Shown piece after piece: positions 26,769-36,027 of a DNA stretch of 42,657 nt (the stretch's first letter is position 1; every line of letters starts with the position of its first letter). The notes below the pieces were generated by a model. It saw nothing but the letters and a program-made list of their open reading frames with translations. It was not told the origin of the DNA and ran no database searches. Location of the stretch: the IMG/VR virus record IMGVR_UViG_2541047850_000006, positions 1 through 42,657 of that record, one strand, 5' to 3'. The translations under genes were made by a program, and so were the position numbers. The DNA is from a virus. Its lineage: Duplodnaviria; Heunggongvirae; Uroviricota; Caudoviricetes.

Positions 26769-27506
26769 TTATTGATTAACCGTCACTAATTTGGTTACTT
26801 TCTTGCTACCGCTATTGCTGGTGAATGATATGTTTGCAGAACCTTGTTCCACACCACGCACAAGACCAGTCTGATCAACAGTGGCTTTTTTATTATCAGA
26901 TGACCATACGCCTGTTTTATCAACTACATCATCTGGGGTGAAATTAGCAGTCAGTTGAACTGTCGCCCCGACCTTTACACTCGGAGATTCAGGTGTAATC
27001 GTCACGTTTTTCACCGGTTTTGGGCCACTCATTTTGCCAAGAACCCCCTCATCATCAGGGTACGCGTTGAACTGAACAGAGAACACACGTACATCATCAG
27101 ACTGGTAGGACATAGTGAAGTTGCCAGCGGTTGCCGCTTTCGGGAGCGTCAACACATAGTCGGTGGTGTCCTGCGGTGTCAGGACGAGTTCCTTCGCCAC
27201 GTTGATCAGATTTACGCCCTGTGCAGATGTGATGGTGACGGAGTTGTCATCTTCGCTCAAAGTAGAACCTGGCATAAGATCGACCATGTTTTTGAGCACA
27301 GACTCGGCCAGAGGTGCGGTAATGGTAATGTTACGCCCCTGAACCAATTCAGAGATTACAGTCTGACCTTGTTGATCGACTGTAACTTTAAGCGTTTCAG
27401 TGGCTACTTCAACCTGAACACCACCTTTGGTGTAACCCAGATCCACACCACCAAATGATACCTTGCAGGCACCAAGCTTGATGTTTTTTACATGGGTATT
27501 AGACAT
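26769..27506 (-). CDS. Major tail (tube) protein with C-terminal Ig-like (Big_2-type) domain
   Basis: C-terminal VTITPESPSVKVGATVQLTANFTPDDVVDKTGVWSSDNKKATVDQTGLVRGVEQGSANISF pattern; located upstream of G/T. Confidence 0.75.
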   Translation of the reverse strand: MSNTHVKNIKLGACKVSFGGVDLGYTKGGVQVEVATETLKVTVDQQGQTVISELVQGRNITITAPLAESVLKNMVDLMPGSTLSEDDNSVTITSAQGVNLINVAKELVLTPQDTTDYVLTLPKAATAGNFTMSYQSDDVRVFSVQFNAYPDDEGVLGKMSGPKPVKNVTITPESPSVKVGATVQLTANFTPDDVVDKTGVWSSDNKKATVDQTGLVRGVEQGSANISFTSNSGSKKVTKLVTVNQ

Positions 27507-27555
27507 TGATGGAAACTCCTTTTTCCGTTAATTTCACGCATTCATTGCGCTATAT

Positions 27556-27575
27556 TTAAGTATATACTTACCTAT
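27556..27575. promoter_or_regulatory. 20-bp palindromic motif TTAAGTA-TATACT-TACCTAT upstream of the major tail gene
   Basis: Same half-site architecture as 11165-11184. Confidence 0.5.
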
Positions 27576-27579
27576 TTAT

Positions 27580-28068
27580 TTAATTCAATAAATAGCCAGC
27601 AAATTCAACTGGAATACCGGCTTCTATTAACGATCCATCATTTTTCGGATAAACGACAGGCATAGCCATAGGCCGTACAAGTCGAAAATAGACCTCTCCA
27701 GATTCCGTTTCCTCTACGGGAAACATATCAATGATCTTACGCGCTTTCTCAATAGTCGTTGTAATTGACGAGCCACGCACAATGATTGTGAACGACTCAT
27801 GATAAAAGCCCTGTAACTCATGATCGATACTGATACCGGTATTTGGGTTAATAAGCAGGACACCGGATTTGACATAGGCAGGTAAGTAATGACAGAAAAT
27901 GTCTGTCCCTACCGTGCCAATCTTTGCCTTCTGCATCAAATTTGCAAATGCTTCAATAAACACATTAACCTCTCGTAAACCCGGCTTTTTTGGCAGCCTC
28001 AAGAATCGCTTCGGAGAACTGCTTCTCGCTAATTTCCACCGCTCTTTCCAGAAAGTGTGGACCAACAC
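27580..28068 (-). CDS. Tail terminator / tail completion protein candidate (likely start at ATG near 27936)
   Basis: Synteny only; the track ORF overlaps the upstream gene by ~100 nt, and the internal ATG removes the overlap. Confidence 0.45.
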   Translation of the reverse strand: MLVHTFWKERWKLARSSSPKRFLRLPKKPGLREVNVFIEAFANLMQKAKIGTVGTDIFCHYLPAYVKSGVLLINPNTGISIDHELQGFYHESFTIIVRGSSITTTIEKARKIIDMFPVEETESGEVYFRLVRPMAMPVVYPKNDGSLIEAGIPVEFAGYLLN

Positions 28069-28438
28069 GAGGTTTTACACCTTCAATTGGTGGGTTTGTC
28101 ACGTTCTTCATTCGAGAAAGATAACCGAGACGGTATTTGCCCAGCTCCATGTACTTAGCATAGTCACCTACTTCTACGCCAGGATGCCCCTGACGTGGCT
28201 TTGCCCCAGACACAGAAAGCTCAATGCGCAGCCCTGAATAACCTTCTTTAATCACCCTAGCAAAGATGGCTGTCTCCAGAGATCCGGTTTCCAGCGGGGC
28301 CATTGCACGGCTGAGGCGCTCAACCAAACGCGCCAGCTTTTCCATGTCCCGAATAAGATATCGCTTAAATGCTTTCTGGCTGTTGTTGAGTCTATTCCCC
28401 GCACGTTTGAACTGATGCGCATCGTATTTCAGACCCAT
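27965..28438 (-). CDS. Head-tail connector / tail-attachment protein candidate (HK97 gp10-like by position)
   Basis: Synteny between head and tail modules; 157 aa. Confidence 0.45.
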   Translation of the reverse strand: MGLKYDAHQFKRAGNRLNNSQKAFKRYLIRDMEKLARLVERLSRAMAPLETGSLETAIFARVIKEGYSGLRIELSVSGAKPRQGHPGVEVGDYAKYMELGKYRLGYLSRMKNVTNPPIEGVKPRVGPHFLERAVEISEKQFSEAILEAAKKAGFTRG

Positions 28439-28773
28439 ATATTCGCCCCTACTTCAAGATGCCCAGGTCTTCCTCGTAGCCCCCAGCGGCGATGAACACT
28501 GGACACCTTTAATTTTTGACCTTCAAGGATCAGTACATCATCAAGTTGTACAGCCGATTCCAAAGGGACAACTAACACAGCATCAAACAGCTCCAGACTC
28601 GCCTTGCCACGACTACCAGAGCTATCAGCACGAACTGACGATCTCTCATTACTCTGTTCGAATTTAACTACACCTACATTCGTCTTCCTGACGAACTGCA
28701 ATTGCGCTTCACCGTAGACGTTCTTTGTGCCAAAGCGGTAGATCGCAATTTCTGTTTGCCATGAAATATTCAC
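28429..28773 (-). CDS. Head-tail joining protein candidate
   Basis: Synteny; 114 aa. Confidence 0.4.
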   Translation of the reverse strand: MNISWQTEIAIYRFGTKNVYGEAQLQFVRKTNVGVVKFEQSNERSSVRADSSGSRGKASLELFDAVLVVPLESAVQLDDVLILEGQKLKVSSVHRRWGLRGRPGHLEVGANIWV

Positions 28774-28844
28774 GCTCTCTCCCTGTTGTCGATCTCATTG
28801 CCAGCCAAAACTATTGCTTCCAAAACCAAATAATGAGAAAGACA

Positions 28845-29678
28845 TTACGAACGTCGGACAATCATACGATTGTCTATATAACGGATCAGTAAACGCCAGG
28901 TGCTGCGAGCAACATGCACGTTTGCTGATTTACCGGTACGATACATGTTGGTCGTTTCACCGATAGATTCTGACAAAATGCCATCCTCTCGTGCTGCGAC
29001 GATATCATTGCCATTTGCTATCTCACACGCTTCATTAACAACGGCTAGCATTAACGCTTCTTTGAAGTAGTCAGGGAACTCTTCAAACTTCTCCTGAGTA
29101 ATCTTTTCCCAATCGACTAAATCATGCCGGTACGCTCCATCTGCTCCCCACGGAATGTCATACACATTCAGCATATTTTGAGGGCGATCGTATCGGTCAA
29201 AGTCGATACGTAGAATTTTGCGGATTGAGAACGGTAAAGTTTTAATACGTCTTGTAGCCTCAATGAGACGCTTGCGCATTAAGCCTTCACCATCCGACAG
29301 CAAAGTGTCCCCATTCAGCATATCGATCGCCTGCATTTGAGCATCAGCGACAGTTGCAAACGACTGTTCTGGTATCGACAGTTCAAAAGTATTCAGCAGA
29401 ACATACATTTGACGCTCTTCATGCGTCAGGCCCGATGCAACAGCCTTCACAATGACGTACCGCAGATCTCGCTCTTTCTCAGAGAGCTGGTTATATTCAG
29501 CCGACACGACAACCGGAATCGACATTTGACCGCTGGTAATTTCTAGCGGCTCGCCATCAACGAGAATAGCCCCGGTGCTGTCCTTTACTGTGTAGGTGGC
29601 AGATTCGATATCCAGCACGTTGAAGGCAAATGAAAGAGAAACAGCTTCACCGCTACGATACGAGTCGATCTGCGCCAT
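28845..29678 (-). CDS. Hypothetical head-associated protein (277 aa)
   Basis: Position downstream of the capsid gene; no motif recognised. Confidence 0.4.
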   Translation of the reverse strand: MAQIDSYRSGEAVSLSFAFNVLDIESATYTVKDSTGAILVDGEPLEITSGQMSIPVVVSAEYNQLSEKERDLRYVIVKAVASGLTHEERQMYVLLNTFELSIPEQSFATVADAQMQAIDMLNGDTLLSDGEGLMRKRLIEATRRIKTLPFSIRKILRIDFDRYDRPQNMLNVYDIPWGADGAYRHDLVDWEKITQEKFEEFPDYFKEALMLAVVNEACEIANGNDIVAAREDGILSESIGETTNMYRTGKSANVHVARSTWRLLIRYIDNRMIVRRS

Positions 29679-30112
29679 TACTCACCGCCTTGTGCTTTCA
29701 GGATGCCGTCAATCATTTCGACAATTCCTTTCGCCTTAACACCAATCTTATTCCCAATTGAACGTAAACCGGCAATACCCTCACTATCAGCAATTGACTC
29801 CAGTTCTTCCCGTGTGAAAGTTTGAATTGGTTTAGCTGGTTCATCTGCCGTTCCGCGCTTCATTGGAACAATGTCAGGTGCTGATGGCTCAACAATCTGA
29901 TCTACGTTCAGATCATTACGTTCGCCATATGCAGCAGATGGAGAAACGTTTTTACCCTCAACAGTTGATGCGCGCATTGATGCACAAATCCTCTGCTGGT
30001 CGATAAAAGGTAACTCGGAAACGGATACCCCATTCTCAAACTTAACTCCACACAACATTCCCGAATAATCAGAAAATTGCGGTTCCAATAAACGAATTTT
30101 TGCTGGTTTCAT
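29678..30112 (-). CDS. Hypothetical head-associated protein (144 aa)
   Basis: Position; starts right after the capsid-gene terminator. Confidence 0.4.
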   Translation of the reverse strand: MKPAKIRLLEPQFSDYSGMLCGVKFENGVSVSELPFIDQQRICASMRASTVEGKNVSPSAAYGERNDLNVDQIVEPSAPDIVPMKRGTADEPAKPIQTFTREELESIADSEGIAGLRSIGNKIGVKAKGIVEMIDGILKAQGGE

Positions 30113-30140
30113 TACGCTTTCTCGCTATACAGGCATATTT

Positions 30141-30177
30141 AAAACCTACAAAAAGGGTGGGCGTATAGCCCACCCTT
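30141..30177 (-). terminator. Strong rho-independent terminator after the major capsid gene (10-bp stem AAGGGTGGGC/GCCCACCCTT, then TTTTTGTAGGTTTT on the minus strand)
   Basis: Read directly. Confidence 0.8.
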
Positions 30178-30181
30178 AAGC

Positions 30182-30201
30182 ATAGGTAATTACATACCTA
30201 T
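30182..30201. promoter_or_regulatory. 20-bp palindromic motif ATAGGTA-ATTACA-TACCTAT between the capsid stop and its terminator
   Basis: Perfect inverted half-sites; same family as 11165-11184. Confidence 0.5.
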
Positions 30202-30209
30202 TGTTTTAG

Positions 30210-31130
30210 TTAAATTTTTACATTGTTCAGTGCAGCGATAGCCTTATCGTGCTTATTCGCCAGAGAGCAGTACCATTTCACACGAGTACGTACTGCATCT
30301 TTATTCTGTACCGTGCCAATGTTCTCCACAACGATACCAGCATTGTCACCGCCATACAGACCGGTAAGACCATTTTCTTCTGACAAATGCAGACAATAAA
30401 TGTTAGCAGTACCTTCCTGGCCTTCCGTTTTCTGCTCTGAACCTTCAGTAACTTTAACCCCATTTTTAGGAATGAAGTCGTTAACAATAAATGGAATACC
30501 ATTATGGCACAGCATAGGACGACCGAAGTTCTCCATCATGATTTCAGACGGGCCTACGTTTACTGTACGCAGCAGCGCACGGTAAGCACGCAGGTGCTCT
30601 GAACGCATCATGATGCAGTCAGCGCCCAAATCTTTCACCGCATCGACCAGCTCGTCGAACATAGAGAAAGTCATAGATGCACCAGCAATGTCGATCTTCT
30701 GATCTTTGTGCATCAGACGCGGAATACCATCAAACGCTTTGGTATTAGTTTCAGAATTACCCAAGATCAGATTTCGACGGAATGCACGAGCCAGACCTTT
30801 CACTTTCTGGCGAACCTGAACAGCCAACTGATTGTTAGTATCGGACATAGTTGTTGCCAAGAATTTATCAACGTCAACGTCACCAGCCAGAATACGCAGT
30901 TTTGCAACATGTTCGCTGAATGTTGCTGCGCCTTCCGCAATAGTATCGTTTACATCAATAAAGGTCGCTTCACTAAGCGTTGCTTCGCGATTATAAAGAT
31001 ATGCCTTCGAGTTAATCTTCATAAAAGGCAGAATCGCAAACAGGTCATCGCGATCGATGATAGTTTCGATCACACCCTGTTCAAGTTCATTATTGGATAG
31101 CTTTTCAGCTTCTTCACGCAGTAATGGCAT
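30210..31130 (-). CDS. Major capsid protein candidate (306 aa)
   Basis: Position after portal and scaffold; followed by the strongest terminator in the window (typical of highly expressed capsid genes); sequence family not verified. Confidence 0.6.
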   Translation of the reverse strand: MPLLREEAEKLSNNELEQGVIETIIDRDDLFAILPFMKINSKAYLYNREATLSEATFIDVNDTIAEGAATFSEHVAKLRILAGDVDVDKFLATTMSDTNNQLAVQVRQKVKGLARAFRRNLILGNSETNTKAFDGIPRLMHKDQKIDIAGASMTFSMFDELVDAVKDLGADCIMMRSEHLRAYRALLRTVNVGPSEIMMENFGRPMLCHNGIPFIVNDFIPKNGVKVTEGSEQKTEGQEGTANIYCLHLSEENGLTGLYGGDNAGIVVENIGTVQNKDAVRTRVKWYCSLANKHDKAIAALNNVKI

Positions 31131-31155
31131 CTATCAATTCCCTTTGATTTAGATG

Positions 31156-32043
31156 TTACTTAAGTCCAATTTTCCCAAGACCAGAGGTCAACTTATCCAT
31201 CGTCGACTTAGACTTCTGTTGGACTACCTTATGGGTTGGTTTGCTATTAGAACCAGCACCCTGTTTGGCTTCGCTGCGCATGACTGCGTCAGCCTCTGGA
31301 TCTGCCCGCACAATGCGTTCAATCGCAGATTCAAATGACAACGTGTTTCCTTCACCGTCAACCAGAACAGCTCGATCTTTGTGGCCTGCCGGTTTGTCAT
31401 AACCCACTACGCTACCGTCATCACCGACTTCAAAATGAGAACCGTAGATCACGCGAGCTTTCGCGGGAGTCATTAGAACTTTGTCACGAAGGAAGGCAGA
31501 ATTACTAAATGACGCGCCAACGGTCATCTCAACTAATTGAGATTTCAGTGATGCGTTTTCACTTTCCAGTGCTGCATAACGTTCGTCACGCTGTGCCAGC
31601 TCTGCCTGGTGTGCTTCGATCATCTGTTTTTTAACAGCATCGAACTCACCACGACGCTCCAGTTCAGCTTGCTCCGCCTCACGACGTGTGTTTTCTGCGG
31701 CCTGTTCAGCCTCTAAAAGCTGGCGAGCACGCGCCGGGTCGATATCACCGTACTGAGCAAGCTGATCGGCCAATGTGCGCTCTTTCTCTTTGCGCTTCAT
31801 GTTCTCTTTCAGCAGTTCAGCACCAGCTTTCTTGGTTTTGCGAAGTTCGGCCAGTAACTCTTCATGAGTCATGCCAGCGTATTCGCCATCACCCTTCGGC
31901 TGCTCTTTTTGTTCACCCTGCTTGTCAGGATCTTGTGTACTCTGCTCATTATCAGCAGCTACACCGCCAGCGCCCCCACGCTCATGCGCTTCAGCAACAT
32001 TCATCAGACCACGACGGGCCATAAGCATTTGCCACAAATTCAT
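31156..32043 (-). CDS. Scaffolding protein candidate (coiled-coil rich)
   Basis: Long charged helical region ...RQLLEAEQAAENTRREAEQAELERR...; between portal and capsid genes; AAGGGAA SD. Confidence 0.6.
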   Translation of the reverse strand: MNLWQMLMARRGLMNVAEAHERGGAGGVAADNEQSTQDPDKQGEQKEQPKGDGEYAGMTHEELLAELRKTKKAGAELLKENMKRKEKERTLADQLAQYGDIDPARARQLLEAEQAAENTRREAEQAELERRGEFDAVKKQMIEAHQAELAQRDERYAALESENASLKSQLVEMTVGASFSNSAFLRDKVLMTPAKARVIYGSHFEVGDDGSVVGYDKPAGHKDRAVLVDGEGNTLSFESAIERIVRADPEADAVMRSEAKQGAGSNSKPTHKVVQQKSKSTMDKLTSGLGKIGLK

Positions 32044-32106
32044 AAAAGTTCCCTTTATTACTTATCACTCGTTCTCTTGAGTAGATGAGTCCCCATTCCC
32101 TCGGGG

Positions 32107-33663
32107 TTAATTTTGTCCGCTTTCTTGGACAGCACTGCGATCATAGGTAAGTACAGACTTATTTTCAAGAGCATTAAGATCATTTTTTGGCGGAAATTTC
32201 AAGAGATCTTTATCAAATTCCTTTTTCATCGCTTCAGTGATATTAGGGAAAATCTTCTCAATCAGCATTTCCATCTGCTGACGACGTACAGAGTCCGGTG
32301 CCTGAAGTAACGATAGTTTCTCCGCAACAGAAAATTCATCAGTAAGCCCGCGAATATCAAAACTTTCTGGATATGCTATTAGAGAGTGATCTTCGTCCAG
32401 ATCTACCCCCATCCATTTAGCAACCAGTTGCATGATTTGGCGTTCAGCCCTTTCAAGACGATCTGCTTTTGTGACAAGCAAGCTATTTACACGCTGGAAG
32501 TCATACATTTTTGCAGCACCAGATGAATTATCTATTCCCTGTGCGTTGTCCTGCTTCGTTCGCTCGCCAGCTACACCAACTGAATGGTAGATTTCGTTAA
32601 TCACCGTCTTAATCGTAGTGATGATCATCTGAGCTTGTTTAGGGTCTGGTGATAAATAAAACGGCTGGTTTCCACCTTCAGAATCGTAGGTAAAGACACG
32701 TTTTGTCCCCATTTCAAGAACTTTAGTGTGATTATCATCACCAGGTAAAAGTGACTGCACCGGTATGGCCAACTGGCTAAATGTCTGATCCTGAATAATG
32801 GCATCAAGGTTTGACAGATAGTTTGCAACCGCACGATCAAGATAAGCGATATCATCGATCAACGATGGGCTGAAATACGGTGATTCACTTTCTCCAATAC
32901 AATCAACAGGAAACACAGGAACTACGCCCAGATTATGCTCGTCGCTATCCTCTAAAATAACTTTTGCCTGACGACGAGCTGCTCCACTAGCGCCCTTCTT
33001 CACTTCCTCACGGAACAGATACCACTCGTTTTGTGTCCAAAGACGATAACGTTGGTATTCCTGACCTGTAGAAGTAAAAGGATCTGCGTCATCACGAGCG
33101 ACTTCCACAATTAACGCCCATAACATATTCCCGTCGTCGTCCCATGCCACATCCAGCATTTGCTGCGGTGAAATCCAGTAGGCGTAGGCACGAGCATCTT
33201 TCTTTTTCTCGTCAGCGACTGATTCAACATCACCACTCATCGTGCTATCGACAACAACCCAGATACGACCGTATATAGACGATTGCAAATCAATCGCGGC
33301 CATAAATGAATCAATAGAGGCATTCTGGCGAGTCGCTCGTTTCCAGAAATTGCGGATCTGCTCTGGCGATTCTTCAATATTTCGATGAATATCTTCTTTA
33401 AAAAGATACTTGTTAATGAGATTTACCACTTCACGGGTGTGGTTGAATCGATAAGCACGCTCAACTCGCTCCTTAAATTCCTGGTCGCCCTCTTTAAAGT
33501 ACCTAAATATATTTTCGCTAAACCAACCACGCCCGCCAGCATAGGTGCTAGCGAGAAAGTCCCAATGTTCTTTTTTCTTTTCGTATTCCGGGTGGCGTCG
33601 CGCCACCAGATCCTTAATTTGTTTGTCGTTCAATTCCATTTGAATACCCTTAAATAACCACAC
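32107..33663 (-). CDS. Portal protein candidate (518 aa)
   Basis: Size and position directly downstream of the large terminase. Confidence 0.7.
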   Translation of the reverse strand: MWLFKGIQMELNDKQIKDLVARRHPEYEKKKEHWDFLASTYAGGRGWFSENIFRYFKEGDQEFKERVERAYRFNHTREVVNLINKYLFKEDIHRNIEESPEQIRNFWKRATRQNASIDSFMAAIDLQSSIYGRIWVVVDSTMSGDVESVADEKKKDARAYAYWISPQQMLDVAWDDDGNMLWALIVEVARDDADPFTSTGQEYQRYRLWTQNEWYLFREEVKKGASGAARRQAKVILEDSDEHNLGVVPVFPVDCIGESESPYFSPSLIDDIAYLDRAVANYLSNLDAIIQDQTFSQLAIPVQSLLPGDDNHTKVLEMGTKRVFTYDSEGGNQPFYLSPDPKQAQMIITTIKTVINEIYHSVGVAGERTKQDNAQGIDNSSGAAKMYDFQRVNSLLVTKADRLERAERQIMQLVAKWMGVDLDEDHSLIAYPESFDIRGLTDEFSVAEKLSLLQAPDSVRRQQMEMLIEKIFPNITEAMKKEFDKDLLKFPPKNDLNALENKSVLTYDRSAVQESGQN

Positions 33664-33665
33664 AC

Positions 33666-34922
33666 CTATCTCGAACCACCAAGAATAACACGGTTTTTTA
33701 CTGGATACCTACGATGTACTGGGTAGCCCAATGCGTCTGCACTATGCTCAATGCCACCTGTCTTATCCATATCTCGTGTTCCAGGCTTGTAGATGACCTT
33801 TTCCAGCGAATCAATCAAATGCTTGCATTTCGGATCGATATACAGCCTGATATCCCCAGATGCGGTCATCAGCATTCGGTTAACTGCATTAACACGATCC
33901 GCAATTGGCGGGTGTTTTTTTGAATAATCGACACGCAAGAATCCCTTCTCTTTGAATATGTCGACGTCAGACTCACCGCGAGCATGTTGACGATAAGCAC
34001 CAGCCGGAGCAGGAAATACCGTTATCTGTGATTTCCATCGCCAGAAACGTCTCTCCAGCTCATCACACACTTCTGCCGTGTTAGAGGAAAAGAGCACCAA
34101 TTCATCAATTGCCCATAGCTCACCGTTTGGCTGAGGTTGCAAAATTACGGAAGACATCGGGTCAATGTTGAAGTCCTGCCCTACCCATATAGGCAACCGA
34201 GGGTTGAACTGAAGCGGTTTTACATGCACGTTACGATCGAACGGGTAGTAAACGCGCCCGGACATGTTCTCAAAGCTGGCTAGGTACTCCTGAGCGAACG
34301 ATTTCGGGTCCATATCGTTCTTAGCAGCTTCAATTTCCGCCGTAGGTACGAACGGAGAATCGGCAGTTACAAACTGCCAGCTTTTCCACTGTCCCTTTCT
34401 TTGCAGCTCTACGTTCTGGCCTATAGTCCACAGTTTGTGAAATTCCGAGAAGCCTTTTGGCGTACCAATGATCAGTGCACCGCCACGTGTCGATGAAAGA
34501 GTAGGTCGTAACACCTTGTACCAGGTGTCAGCCTTCATATCCTGAAATTCATCAAGAACTACAAAATGCAACGCTACGCCGCGCAGAGTGTCAGGCTTAT
34601 CAGCACCTTTGAGGGCGATCTCCGAACCGTTCTTCAACACGATTGTCATCGTGGTGTCGTTCTTTTTTCTAACCCACTTACGAGGCAGAACTTCCTGTAG
34701 ATCGTCCCACAAAATCTGGCGAGCCATCTGGTAAGTAGGAGCGACATACCAGACCCTTTGCTTTTTTTCCTTTGCCGCCGCACGAATAATAGTGGAGATC
34801 GACAACCGGGATTTTCCCCAGCGTCGACCAGCACAAACAACTTTAAATCGATGGGGAGACTGGAAGACTTTCATCTGTCCAGAATGCAGTTGCACAAGAC
34901 TGAGCGAGGACGGGATTGCCAT
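33666..34922 (-). CDS. Terminase large subunit
   Basis: Walker A-like VVCAGRRWGKS, Walker B-like VVLDEFQDM, C-terminal nuclease-size domain; overlaps the small-subunit stop. Confidence 0.8.
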   Translation of the reverse strand: MAIPSSLSLVQLHSGQMKVFQSPHRFKVVCAGRRWGKSRLSISTIIRAAAKEKKQRVWYVAPTYQMARQILWDDLQEVLPRKWVRKKNDTTMTIVLKNGSEIALKGADKPDTLRGVALHFVVLDEFQDMKADTWYKVLRPTLSSTRGGALIIGTPKGFSEFHKLWTIGQNVELQRKGQWKSWQFVTADSPFVPTAEIEAAKNDMDPKSFAQEYLASFENMSGRVYYPFDRNVHVKPLQFNPRLPIWVGQDFNIDPMSSVILQPQPNGELWAIDELVLFSSNTAEVCDELERRFWRWKSQITVFPAPAGAYRQHARGESDVDIFKEKGFLRVDYSKKHPPIADRVNAVNRMLMTASGDIRLYIDPKCKHLIDSLEKVIYKPGTRDMDKTGGIEHSADALGYPVHRRYPVKNRVILGGSR

Positions 34923-35554
34923 TATTCGTCCTCCCCTTCACTTCCATCATCTGTCGCATCAAATTCGCTTAGAGCTTCTTCTTCCAACGTCTCAAGCAAT
35001 TCGTCATCGATGATTTCAGGCTCGTCGTCTTCCTGACGTAATTTCGCCACCTGGGAAGGCGTAAGTTCGCCAAATACCAGGTTCGGAATTTCTTCCTCGT
35101 CATTTTCTGCATGATCCATACCCAACGCTTTGGACGAAACTTCAAAGCATTTTGCAAGGGTATTACTTGCTCTCTGTAAGCTCTTGAGAGAATCCTCAAT
35201 CACCCCTAAAGGCTTACCCTCACGTTTGGCCGTAGTGACTTCGACCATCACCATCTGCCCCAACGCATACGCCCAGCCGTCATAACGTGTACGACGTTCT
35301 TCTATCTTTTCCGCACGGGCTTTAGCGCGAAGCTCTGCGTCAGATTTAAGAGACTCACGAACCATCTTCCCAACAGAGTCCGCGCCTTTCTCTAATCCTC
35401 GCTTTTTGAAATGTCTGGAGAGTGTTTCACGACGAATGCCGTACTCTTCCTCCAGCTTTGAGAGTGTATATTCGCCTGACGTCCATTTGGCTTCAGCTTC
35501 GGCCCACTCCGCTGGTGTCAGGCGAGTTTTTACCTCGTCTTTTTCGACAGTCAT
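34922..35554 (-). CDS. Terminase small subunit candidate (N-terminal HTH, acidic C-terminus)
   Basis: Position immediately upstream of TerL; HTH-like LSKLEEEYGIRRETLSRHFKKRG; GAGGGA SD. Confidence 0.55.
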   Translation of the reverse strand: MTVEKDEVKTRLTPAEWAEAEAKWTSGEYTLSKLEEEYGIRRETLSRHFKKRGLEKGADSVGKMVRESLKSDAELRAKARAEKIEERRTRYDGWAYALGQMVMVEVTTAKREGKPLGVIEDSLKSLQRASNTLAKCFEVSSKALGMDHAENDEEEIPNLVFGELTPSQVAKLRQEDDEPEIIDDELLETLEEEALSEFDATDDGSEGEDE

Positions 35555-35640
35555 AGATCCCTCTAAAACACACAGAGCGCGTCCATGCGCTCTAAAACAA
35601 CTTGTTTACTGCATCTACTAACCAACTTGTTTTCTGAGGT

Positions 35641-35738
35641 GTTTAATTAGGTCTGGGCATGTCTTATTAAGCCTGCTTCTGTATATATATTTAATAAGTT
35701 ATTTATTATTTATATACAGAAGCAGGTCTTTAAAATAA
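35641..35738. repeat. Long palindrome B (core 35661-35716 CCTGCTTCTGTATATA...TATATACAGAAGCAGG with extended imperfect symmetry GTCTGGG...CCCAGAC); copy 2 of 2, inverted relative to copy A
   Basis: Read directly; lies between the wHTH gene stop and the terS start region. Confidence 0.75.
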
Positions 35739-35751
35739 GCTCCCAGACCGA

Positions 35752-36018
35752 TTACATCACCAGTAACTTCGCTTTGGCTCGACCTAAAGTGGTTAACCCA
35801 AGAGTTCGGCGGTGATAGCGATTGTCACTGCGTTGGCGCGTATGCCCTTTCTCCACCAGCCCCTTTTTTATCAGAGCGCGAATTGAGAACTGGATACTTT
35901 GCTTTGTTGTCTTGTACGGCAAAACTTCAAGCAATTCGTCCAGATCAAGTAGATGACCTCGCTCATAACCGAGATTGAGCGTTTTGATGATGTCCTTTTG
36001 TTTATTGGTTAATGTCAT
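35752..36018 (-). CDS. Small winged-helix DNA-binding protein candidate (88 aa)
   Basis: Helix-turn-helix plus basic wing pattern ...TKQSIQFSIRALIKKGLVEKGHTRQRSDNRYHRR...; last gene of the coupled operon. Confidence 0.45.
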   Translation of the reverse strand: MTLTNKQKDIIKTLNLGYERGHLLDLDELLEVLPYKTTKQSIQFSIRALIKKGLVEKGHTRQRSDNRYHRRTLGLTTLGRAKAKLLVM

Positions 36019-36027
36019 GGCAAATCC

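Noticed and set aside
35555-35640. Possible CRISPR-like repeats (CTCTAAAACA direct repeats flanking a hairpin upstream of terS)
   Set aside because: Only two short copies, no regular repeat-spacer periodicity and no cas genes; more likely a leader-region regulatory structure
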